Source: Octopus sinensis (lineage: Eukaryota). From it: a stretch of DNA of 16,647 bases. Positions 1-9,492 of this stretch are shown here, piece by piece (the first letter of the stretch is position 1; each line of letters opens with the position of its first letter). The stretch covers positions 1 to 16,647 of the forward strand of contig NW_021825060.1 in assembly GCF_006345805.1 (NCBI RefSeq), given 5' to 3'. Both the position numbers and the translations under genes were made by a program. Below the pieces are notes generated by a model that did not search any database, had not been told where the DNA came from, and worked only from the letters and a program-made list of their open reading frames with translations.

Positions 1-250
1 TCAAGGGGACAGAATTTCTGAGAGAGAGATTTTATTTTTTTTTATACTTATTTCATATTGCGAGTAAATATTTCTATATAATTCATTCTGATGTTTTTTT
101 AATGTTTAGTTTGTCCTAGTAGCTACAAGTAAATACAGATAAAATTTAATTCGCCCTAAGTTTGGGGCCTGAAAACTACGTGATCATTTAAAACATTTAT
201 AAACTATATTAAGGATCGACTTTTTTTCGTTCTTATCTGGCTTATATTTA

Positions 251-345
251 TATAGTCAATTCAAATAAACGAATACACTCGGACAGAGATTGACGTTCCG
301 AGCAGGAAAAGCAATCGCCAACGGCACGTGTGGTTACATACGTAA
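251..345. repeat. Short dispersed repeat, deleted relative of the hammerhead-bearing element at 7931-8123
   Basis: Near-identical to 980-1130 apart from a ~45-bp deletion. Shares TGACGTTCCGAGC and AATCGCCAACG..GGTTACAT with TAACGTTTCGAGC and AATCGCCAACG..GGTCACAT at 8020-8123. Confidence 0.7.
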
Positions 346-398
346 TGTATGTATGTGTATGTATGTATGTATGTATGTATGTTGTTATGGTATATATT

Positions 399-444
<46 letters not shown>

Positions 445-483
445 ATGTATGTATGTATGTATGTATGTATATATCTATATCCC

Positions 484-534
<51 letters not shown>

Positions 535-600
535 CTATCTATATTATATATATATATATATTATATATATTATTATATATATATATATATATACATACAT
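346..600. repeat. Compound microsatellite (GTAT)n-(TA)n-(GTAT)n-(CTAT)n-(TA)n
   Basis: Directly visible; explains ORFs 290-724, 330-620 and 349-624. Confidence 0.97.
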
Positions 601-601
601 A

Positions 602-977
602 CACTACCGTCAGAAATTAATTAGCACCCTTGATTTTCTCTTCACTCAAGGTATGTGCTGTCACCTAGTGGCCATATCTCGAACTATTGCTTTGTTGCGA
701 GTTCACTGTTGCGCAGAACGATGACGTAACTTTGTTTGCAGAGCAGTTTGAGAGTCTACAGCCTTATGATGTTGACATCAGTGCAACAACTTGGAGTGCG
801 GATGCAGACAAATCTTCCTTTGTTTATAGATATGGTAGCGCCTCGCAAGGACCGAAATCACAACCATACTAAGTTTTTCTCATCGCGTAAGACGTTTTGA
901 ACAGCTCATAAGGTTAATTGATTTAACCTATTTAATGTAGAAATTTGAGAAGTGCTAATTAATTTCTGACGCAAGTG
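602..977. mobile_element. Tc1/mariner-type MITE (376 bp)
   Basis: 26-bp TIRs CACTACCGTCAGAAATTAATTAGCAC (602-627) and GTGCTAATTAATTTCTGACGCAAGTG (952-977), 24/26 match; TA on both sides (600-601, 978-979). Confidence 0.88.
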
Positions 978-979
978 TA

Positions 980-1130
980 TATAGTCAATTCAAATAAACG
1001 AATAAAAACGGACAACATGAGGACGTGCATAAGAAATGTATTAAGCTGACACTCGGACAGAGTTTGACGTTCCGGGCAGGAAAACAGGAAAAGAAATCGC
1101 CAACGGTACGTGTGTAGTTACATACGTATG
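980..1130. repeat. Second copy of the short dispersed repeat (see 251-345)
   Basis: TAGTCAATTCAAATAAACGAATA...CACTCGGACAGAG.TTGACGTTCCG...AATCGCCAACGG shared with 251-345. ACAACATGAGGACGT matches ACAACGCGAGGACGT near 7963-7977. Confidence 0.75.
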
Positions 1131-1236
1131 AATGTATGTATGTATGTATGTATGTATGTATGTATGTATGTATGTATGTATGTATGTATATATGTATGTA
1201 TGTATGTATGTGTATTATATATATGTATATATATAT
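1131..1236. repeat. (ATGT)n/(AT)n microsatellite
   Basis: Directly visible. Confidence 0.95.
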
Positions 1237-1592
1237 GCATACACATGCACACACTTATATATAACTATGTCTGTACATACATCAACACACCCATACTTGG
1301 GTATGTATTTTTATTTGTGTACAAGAATATACAGGTGTACATAGAAGACAACATATTGTAAGCACCTGAAAAGGTGGAAATCAAATGAATGAAGTGTTAG
1401 AGCGACATGTGAAATATGCTAATTATAGTATATAATATTTTCAGACGAGATGGAATGTCATGGCTTTGTAACGAGATCTGCGGTGTCCTTGTCCTAGAAG
1501 GCTGGCATAGCAATTCGGAAGGATAGACGTGAAGAAAAGTAATTCTCGCACAGCAAAGGTCAGCAGAGGATCAAATAGATATAGCAAAGATA

Positions 1593-1959
1593 TCTTTATA
1601 TATAAAACTGTAGTTGTGTGAGTGTCTGTCCCCTTCGATTTAGATCCTAACTACTCCTACATTTTGCGATGCAAGTTTAACCAAAACCGGGTATCTTATA
1701 GTCGTGATTCATATCGAGCCCTTCTGGGTATTAGCGCGCGTCTACGATGAGTCTACGATTTTAAAAATAATTTACCATAAATGTTTTCCATTTTAACGCA
1801 TATTTTTTAAATAAAGGGAAGTAACTCTCTAAAAATGTCTACGATGAGTCAACGATTTAAAAAAAAATTTACCATAATTTTTTTTCTATTTTTAATGCAT
1901 TTTTTGCTATTTTTGGCTATAACTCTCTAAACCCGAGCAACGCCGGGCGATACTGCTAG
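1593..1959 (+). mobile_element. Non-autonomous Helitron (367 bp)
   Basis: 5' TCTTTATATATAAAA start, GC-rich subterminal hairpin CCCGAGCAACGCCGGG (1932-1947) and 3' CTAG (1956-1959). Inserted between A (1592) and T (1960) with no TSD. These are canonical Helitron ends. Confidence 0.88.
1740..1931 (+). repeat. Two ~97-bp tandem units inside the Helitron
   Basis: GTCTACGATGAGTC.ACGATTT...TTTACCATAA...TAACTCTCTAAA starts at 1740 and again at 1837. Confidence 0.85.
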
Positions 1960-1960
1960 T

Positions 1961-2896
1961 GTGTAATAAAAAAAAGACCAAAACTAAGAATGAAATACAA
2001 ATTCTCAGTAAAGTATAAAAGTTGGTAGTATCGTGGTAGCTGGTACACTGATATGTTGTGCAATGTTTTTCTCTGTGTGTGATTTGAGAGCCGCACAGTC
2101 GAACATGCAACTCATCTCGCCTTGTCAGCTTATAAAATTTCCGTTGAAATCATGCGCTGATTCCATAAACGGTAAAAGAGAAAATTATAAATTCGGGAAC
2201 TGATGCTTTACGAGTTCGAACTGGGTCATAGTGCCGCAGAAGCAACCAAAGAATATTTGTTGTGTGAAAGGTGAAAGTACAGTAACCAGATGGCCTGAGA
2301 AATTTCGCCTGGGTTGCAAGAACCTCGATGATCAGGCAAGGAGGTTCAAAATCGTGGATTCCGAGGCCTTGCTCCAAGCCTTAGAGGCAAATCCGGCGAG
2401 AGGCACCCGGAGAGTATCAGGTGAGCTTGGCATCTCACAGATGTGTGCCATTATGCGACAAAAAGACCCGGCACTGGGTAACAGAAAGCGAGCTCTTCTG
2501 CAGCAAAATAACGCGAGACAACATACCGTTCGAACGACCCGGAATAAGCTCCAGGAACTTGAGGGAATCGAACTGATGCTATACCCTGTATATAATCCGG
2601 ATCTAACACATTCGGATAATTACTTGTTCTGATCCAAGGGTCACTTTCTGCGCTCGCTACCTTCATCAACCAAAAAGAAGTAGAAACTTCTGTGAAGGAG
2701 TTCTTGTCGAAGGACAAGAAATGGTATCGGCGTACAATGATAAATAAATGAATAAAAACTGGCAGAAAGATGGCTTCAGCTGGTGCAACACAATGGCCTC
2801 CACTCTGAATGCTTGGCTGTTTTTGTTGTAACTTGACAAATAAAGCAAATAAATTACCAAACAAAACATTGCAAAACTTTTGATGTAACACAACAA
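1961..2896 (+). pseudogene. Decayed, internally deleted mariner (DD34D) transposase element
   Basis: N-terminal IRELMLYEFELGHSAAEAT..TVTRW.EKFR.G.KNLDDQAR (HTH) is fused directly to QNNARQH (HDNARPH motif) and YNPDLTHSDNYLF (YSPDLAPSD motif), followed by KLAERWLQLVQHNG. Contains stops and frameshifts. TIR-like right end ~2868-2896; left boundary approximate. Confidence 0.9.
2109..2192 (+). repeat. 84-bp direct copy of 4719-4802
   Basis: AACTCATCTCGCCTTGTCAGC...GAAAATTATAAAT, 3 mismatches in 84 bp by manual comparison. Confidence 0.93.
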
Positions 2897-3213
2897 CACG
2901 ATGTGCGTGTGTGCGAATGTGTGTGTGCGCGCGTGTGTGAATGTGTGTGTGTGTGTATATAAAAGGCAAAGAAGAAAATGAAGAAGATAATAAATAAATC
3001 TAGCTGATGTTTGTCAGTTAATTATCTTCTCCATTTTCTTCCTTTCCTTATAAATTCTGGTTAAACTTTTGTTTACCTCAACACATACCTATTATTCAAT
3101 TGCACTATTGCCTTACAACATTAAGCATTTGGATGTATATAGGATACATCAAGTAGTATATTGGATATTTATTATCCCTTAGATGGTTGTCTAACCTCTA
3201 ACTCATATATATA

Positions 3214-3258
<45 letters not shown>

Positions 3259-3264
3259 AATATG

Positions 3265-4154
3265 GGATCTTTTCCTTTTGATGGACGGAATTTCTAGTTA
3301 ACTAAACAATTTGAAACTTCGTATACTGGTAGAATGTGTCAAAAGAAAACTTATTGTAAACAAAATTGAAAACAAAATTGTAATTTGTAAGTTTAACGTA
3401 GTTTAATTCTTCGAATTTTAACCAATGAAATACCAGCATTGAGCTCAAATCATTTGCTGCGTCTAAAAACTCAGACAATATCCTGTAAACAGCACACACA
3501 CACACTTGTTATTCATCCTTCTTCCTTCTGTCTTCTATCTCGCTCATCGATATTGATAAACAAAGGCGGAAGAAGGAGGCATGTGCTAGAAATACCAGCT
3601 ATATCTCTTAAATCGATTAATTTCGTCGCCCAATAAAAATATTAACGATTTTTTTGAATGTTTTCTTTTTTTTTACCGAAAAGGCTTCTCCCATGGTTTT
3701 GAAGGGCCAGAAACAACAAAAACAAAATAATAATATGCCGAAATCGGTCTAGAGGGTGCGCGTGGAGTGTGGGTCGTATTGTAAAAATTTGCGAAATATT
3801 TATTCATAAAAGGATGCCCCAGCTTGTCGGAGGCAGTGATATAAATTGGGAAAAAAATCCTCGACACCAGTGCGTAATTGGTACTTAATTTATCGACCCC
3901 GAAACGATGAAACATTGACCCCCCCCCCTTCTGGTTTATTTACCTTTTGTGTAAATTTGTTGCGGCAAGGGGCAAAACAGAGAGGGGGCAAAGCATGAGA
4001 TTCAAAAGTATTAAGTCGATTCTATTGACACCAGTGCGAACTCACGAACGTGTATGTATGCTTGTGTGTGTATGTATATCTCCGTTTGTATGTGTGTGTA
4101 CGCTTATATATTAATTACTATATGCTTGTGCAAATGTATATGCATGTGTTTGAG

Positions 4155-4187
<33 letters not shown>

Positions 4188-4451
4188 TGACAGAGTGTGT
4201 GTGTGTGTGTATGCGGCCTGTGTCTGCTATGTTTGTTTATCAATATCGATAACGCAGCAAATGATTTGAGCTCAAATGCTGGTATTTCATTGGTTAAAAT
4301 TCGAAGAATTAAACTACGTTAAACTTACAAATTACAATTTTGTTTTCAATTTTATTTACAATAATGTTTTCTTTTGACACATTCTACCAGTATACGAAGT
4401 TTCAAATTGTTTAGTTAACTAAAAATTCCGTCCATCAAAAGGAAAAGATCC
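3265..4451. mobile_element. Non-autonomous DNA transposon with ~200-bp TIRs (Merlin- or Mutator-like; superfamily uncertain)
   Basis: 3265-3461 is the near-perfect reverse complement of 4252-4451, with termini GGATCTTTTCC...GGAAAAGATCC. 8-bp direct repeat ATAATATG at 3257-3264 and 4452-4459. Confidence 0.88.
3861..3912 (-). mobile_element. SINE fragment (family of 9580-9811)
   Basis: TCGACACCAGTGCGTAATTGGTACTTAATTTATCGACCCCGAAACGATGAAA is the reverse complement of the core at ~9684-9735. A second small piece lies at ~4011-4040. Confidence 0.8.
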
Positions 4452-4911
4452 ATAATATGGGTGGCTAATTCACAATTTTACAATCTAAAGGCAGAAATAT
4501 AAACGTCACTAAAGTGAACAAATGGCACTAATCAGCACCAGTATTGCTAGAAATAAGAGTCAAATCAACTCAATAGCCGCAGAAGCAGTATCTTAATGAG
4601 ATGACAGGGGAGATAAAGCTCCCTGCGGTCGCAGATATAGCCAGCTCATCGCTGATTTCGCATTTTGATACTTAATACATCTTAATGCTTATCGATGACT
4701 CTCACCGCGCCAAGGGTAAACTCATCTCGCCTTGTCAGCTTATAAAATTTCCGTTGAAATCATGCGCTGGTTTCATAAACGGTAAAAGTGAAAATTATAA
4801 ATAATATGGGTGGCTATTTCGCGATTTTACAACCTAAAGGCAGAAATATATATCCATCACTAAATTGAAGAAAAGGCACTTATTCAGCACCAATATTGCT
4901 AGACATAAGAT
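4452..4911 (+). repeat. Partial tandem duplication, 349-bp period
   Basis: ATAATATGGGTGGCTA...TATTGCTAGA.ATAAGA at 4452-4560 recurs at 4801-4911 (roughly 85% identical by eye). Confidence 0.85.
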
Positions 4912-5429
4912 TATGATTTCAACTGAAAACTTATAAGCTTATTGTGTGTGTGCGTGTGTGTGTGTATTACGTATGTATATAATGACGTTCTATAATGATG
5001 TGGGTGTATGGACTATAATTCATAATAAGCGTAGTTACGACACCAATTATTGATTATCCGAAACAGCTGTAAAGATAATACTTGATTACATCACATACAT
5101 GTATACATATATGAAAGAAAGAGAAAGATACATACATATACGCACACATATATTCAAATATATATGCATGTGTGTGTGTGTATATAATATATATAATATA
5201 TTATATATATATATATATATATACACACATTTATATATGTATACGCACTTACATATCCATACGCATATAAATAGGTGTGCATTTACACGTGCTTAAAAAT
5301 ATACACATATAGACACGCACATACATAGGAACATACCTATGGGAATAGATTTTCATATTTGTATGTTTTATTGCTTTTACGAACGTGTATGCTTGTATAA
5401 CTGTGGTATACGTTCATATACATCTGCGT

Positions 5430-5521
5430 ATGTGCGTGTGTGTGTGTGTGTGAGTGTGTGTGTGTGTGTGTGTGTGCATGTGTGTGTGTATGTGTGTGTG
5501 TGTGTGTGTGTGTATGTGTGT
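5430..5521. repeat. (GT)n microsatellite
   Basis: Directly visible. Confidence 0.95.
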
Positions 5522-5888
5522 AATGACTAGATACTTAAAGAGATAGGGCAGTAAAATTAAAGAAGGCGAGTTCATATGATTGAGTCGGAGAGAGATCCCT
5601 TGCTGAGGTAATATGAAATAGTTAAGTGAGACTGAATTTTCTTGACGCATGAGAGGAAGTAAGCTATATATAATATAGCATATAATAAAAGAGGTATTTC
5701 ACCCACTTCACCTCAGCAAGAGGAGGTGTTATTTTACCTATGTTACAGCAAAGATAATACCACCAACAATTACAAGAGCAGCGGTTACAGCAGCAAGAGA
5801 AGCACAAACGATAACAAGAGAAATAATAACAGTCACAGCAATGGCAAAACATTTGAATTGTCATAGAAATATGAGACGTGACTTATGC

Positions 5889-6443
<555 letters not shown>

Positions 6444-6596
6444 ATATTATATAGATTGCGTCCCAAAATATACACGTATGTGCATACGTACACACGTACG
6501 TAAGTATGTAGTGTATGAATGTATGTATATTATATATATTTCGTGTAAATATATGCGTATGCTTGTGTCAAGAACAGCTTTTACAAACATACATTT

Positions 6597-6676
6597 ACAC
6601 ACACACACACACACGCACACACACATACACACACACACATACACACATACACACACCACACACACACACACACACA
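6597..6676. repeat. (CA)n microsatellite
   Basis: Directly visible. Confidence 0.95.
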
Positions 6677-6913
6677 AGTTTCTGCATATGTATTTGTATG
6701 CATATTCAAATAATATAGGGTGTGTCTTCGCTTAAGGAAATAACACAGATTGGTGAGTAACAACGGGGGAGTAAATAAAAACGTGTAAGTGCTTGTTGCG
6801 TACACGGTATATATTTCTGTGTGTGTGTGTGTGTTTGTGCTCATGTATGTTTGCGTGTAGTTGGATATTGCGTGACTGTGTGTTGTGTGTGTGTGTGTGT
6901 GTGTGTATGTGTT

Positions 6914-7222
6914 CTCTTTTACTCTTTTACTTGTTTCAGTCATTTGACAGCGGCCATGCTGGAGCACCACCTTTAGTCGAGCAAATCGACCCCCCCAGGA
7001 CTTATTCTTTGTATGCCTAGAACTTATTCTATCGGTCTCTTTTGGCGAACCGCTAAGTTACGGGGACGTAAACACACCAGCATCGGTTGTCAAGCGATGT
7101 TGTGAGGCGGGGGGACAATTACAGACACACAAACACACACATGCATATACATATATACGACGAGCTTCTTTCAGTTTCCGTCTACCAAATCCACTCACAA
7201 GGCTTTGGTCGGCCCGAGGCTA
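6914..7222 (-). mobile_element. 5'-truncated tRNA-derived SINE (family of 7767-8377)
   Basis: Reverse complement of the tail (CCAGCATGGCC...CTGAAACAAGTAAAAGA) and body (CCGACC...TTGGTAGA.GGAAACTGAAA) seen at 7870-7915, 8330-8377 and 11040-11100. Confidence 0.85.
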
Positions 7223-7397
7223 TCGTGCGTCTAAGATGCTGTTCCAGTCCTCCACTAACAGTAAAGGACGAGATGGTACTAGCGAATTGGTATGGCTGTA
7301 ATGGTAGTGGCGGTGGTGATGGTACTGGTGATGGTGGTGATGTCATTGGTGCTGCTGCTGTTTGTTTGTTTGTTTGTTTGTTTATATATATATACAT

Positions 7398-7498
7398 ATA
7401 TACGACGGGCTTCTTTTCAGTTTCCATCTACCAAATCCACTCACAAGGCTTTGGTCGGCCCGAGGCTATAGAAGACACTTGCCCAAGGTGCCACGCAG
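7398..7498 (-). mobile_element. SINE fragment, same family
   Basis: Repeats 7153-7222 and extends to AGAAGACACTTGCCCAAGGTGCCACGCAG, which is complementary to 7831-7862. Confidence 0.85.
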
Positions 7499-7930
7499 AT
7501 TTTTTTGTATCAGTATGTGTGTATTCCCACGCGGGAATGTGTGTAAAGTCAGAGTACACACCAGCGCTGTACTGCACACATCCAGCATGGATTTTGGCCG
7601 TCCTTCGCAGTAGCTAAACTGAGAGCGCTCTTCCTTAAACGTAATATAGTCGTCGTCTACAAGAAGTCCATACATATAAAATGCCCACCCAGATTATTAA
7701 TTTTTCTTCTTTTAACCAAAGGTGGGTACCAGAGTCAACACATTCTATATTTAAACAAATGTTAAATGCAAGGCGTGGCTGTGTGGGAAGAGGTTTCCTT
7801 GTCAACCACATGGTCCAGGATTCAGTCCCTCTGCGTGGCACCTCGGGCAACAGTCTGCTACTATATCCCCGGGCCGACCTTGGTAGATGGAAACTGAAAA
7901 AGCACCCCGTCGTATATATATATATATATA

Positions 7931-8123
7931 ATTACTCCAAACATGAACTAAGAGAAAACACAACAACGCGAGGACGTATAGTGTTATTGGACGCTCAGGA
8001 AAGGAAAGAAAGGAGGATTTAACGTTTCGAGCGGAGATCTTCGTCAGAAACATAGAAAAAGGAAAGATCCAATGAGGGGAAGACGGAGAAAGAAAATCGC
8101 CAACGATACACACGCGGTCACAT
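7931..8123 (-). mobile_element. Short non-coding hammerhead-containing element (Penelope pLTR/retrozyme-like)
   Basis: ~190 bp inserted at (TA)n inside a SINE; contains a hammerhead core; two relatives at 251-345 and 980-1130. Confidence 0.65.
8017..8051 (-). ncRNA. Minimal type I hammerhead ribozyme motif
   Basis: Minus strand reads GUUU-CUGACGA-A-GAUC-UCC-GCUC-GAAAC-GUU-AAAU: conserved CUGANGA and GAAA boxes, stem II with 3/4 pairs, short stem I, and palindromic AACGUU in place of stem III as in Penelope-like-element dimeric hammerheads. Confidence 0.7.
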
Positions 8124-8384
8124 ATATTTGATCGTGTATGTATGTATTATGCGCGTGTGTGTGAGTGAGCGTGTTTGTGTGTTTGTGTTTTCGTGTGTGT
8201 ATTCGTCACCCATCACCGCTTGACAACCAGTGTCCTCGTAATTTAGCAAAAGGTAGAATAAGTACCAGGCTTCAGAGAAAAAAAAAACAAGTACTGGGGT
8301 CGATTCTCGACTGAAATTCTTCAAGGCGACGCCCCAGCATGGCCACAGTCTAAATACTGAAACAAGTAAAAGATAAAAAAATTA

Positions 8385-8728
8385 AATGAAATACAAATGA
8401 ATGTATTCAAGTTTAATCGATACAAATTGTAAGGTACATAGCTGGCGACTGCAGGAATTTGGGGTTGCTGCACGTAAATTAATGCGAATTATAACGGGTT
8501 TCGGACCATCAGTGTCAGGAAGTTCGATGTTGTACCTACTCAACCAGCTTTTCCACTCACTCGCGCACAACTTCTCATGCAGGTCAACACAACACAAGCA
8601 GCCATTGAAATCTGCCCCCACTTTCATCCGGCCCACCAGTGATCATCAAACGTTTTATAGTCGAAGTATTCACTACATCACACTTGCACACATACTTCAG
8701 TAAGGGAATCTATCAGGTACATCTAGTA
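8385..8728 (-). pseudogene. Probable highly decayed Helitron/PIF1-type helicase fragment
   Basis: Minus-strand RMKVGA..DLHEKLC..SRYNIE..GPKPVIIRINL..RQL..LQFVSIK parallels the Helitron helicase order LKVGAPIMLLRN..LCNGTRL..HVIE..VFIPRI.L..RRQFP..FAMTINK. Possible continuation TTKLDVEETQEQLIN on the far side of the MITE (~9410-9460). Recognised by eye only. Confidence 0.4.
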
Positions 8729-8980
8729 CCGTAAATCCTCGAGTATAATCCGCATTTTTTCCCAAAATTTAAAGGTCAAAACCTTTAAATTTTGGAAAAA
8801 AATGCGGATTATACTCGAGGATTTACGGTACTAGATGTACCTGATAGTTTCCCTTACTGAAGTATGTGTGCAAGTGTGATGTAGTGAATACTTCTACTAT
8901 AAAACGTTTGATGATCACTGGTGGGCCGGATGAAAGTGGGGCAGATTTCAAAGGTTGCTTGTGTTATGTTGGCCTGCATG
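8576..8980. repeat. Long near-perfect palindrome (201/200-bp arms, 4-nt loop CAAA at 8777-8780)
   Basis: 8576-8776 vs the reverse complement of 8781-8980: 7 substitutions and 1 indel by manual alignment. Confidence 0.96.
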
Positions 8981-9366
8981 CGTACTATATACGAGGTTAA
9001 AAGCGAAAATTATTTTCTAAGCAATGTCCGAGTCTCTATTTGCTGAATTTTTATTCAGACCCATTTTGTGATGTCGAGTGCGAGAATACCTTAAATCATC
9101 GATAACTTGCAGTTAGCAACATTTTTTAAACGTTATTATTGTTACTTCTTTATTTTCTGCAAACAAAATGCACAAAAAAGCTATACGTTTGCATTATGTT
9201 ATATAAACAATAATAATAAAGGACGTTACCGTATACATTTTTACAAGCCAGGGACGTTTTATAGATCTCCTTGACTCAAGTTAGAGAAGGGGTGCGTATT
9301 ATACATAAGGTTTAAAAATCCCCTGCGTATTATACTCAAGGGCGGACTATACTCGAGGATTTACGG
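8729..9366. mobile_element. CCGTA-ended Tc2/pogo-like MITE, interrupted by an inverted duplication
   Basis: TIRs CCGTAAATCCTCGAGTATAATCCGC (8729-8753) and GCGGACTATACTCGAGGATTTACGG (9342-9366); TA on both sides; subterminal TGCGTATTATAC repeats at ~9293-9337. Confidence 0.88.
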
Positions 9367-9492
9367 TAAAGTATCTAAAACATTTTGCACTTATTATATG
9401 GGTGCTCCTACTGTTGATTAACTGCTCCTGTGTCTCTTCCACATCCAATTTTGTGGTCCTCTGTCAGTCTGCCAGAAGCGACAAAGAAGCCA

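Larger units (their letters stand above)
7767..8377 (+). mobile_element. tRNA-derived SINE split at its internal (TA)n by a nested element
   Basis: Head GGCGTGGCTGTGTGG (A-box-like) and GGATTCAGTCCC (B-box-like), body to 7915. Tail resumes ~8140 and ends CTGAAACAAGTAAAAGATAAAA. The uninterrupted order is seen in the minus-strand copies 6914-7222 and 11165-11418. Confidence 0.8.

Noticed and set aside
687-872. 61-aa ORF with normal composition
   Set aside because: Non-ATG start, inside a MITE, no recognisable domain.
1445-1560. Possible exon after TTTTCAG with GT donors downstream
   Set aside because: All three frames hit a stop before the candidate donors; no supporting evidence.
5735-5850. 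Cys-rich ORF / hydrophobic TM-like reading on the minus strand
   Set aside because: Best explained as a decayed ACA/GCA/ATA triplet tract; the hydrophobic frame ends in a stop and has no convincing splice context.
7087-7617. 176-aa ORF with a Gly-rich segment
   Set aside because: Made of antisense SINE pieces plus GGT/GCT triplet and (GTTT)n repeats.
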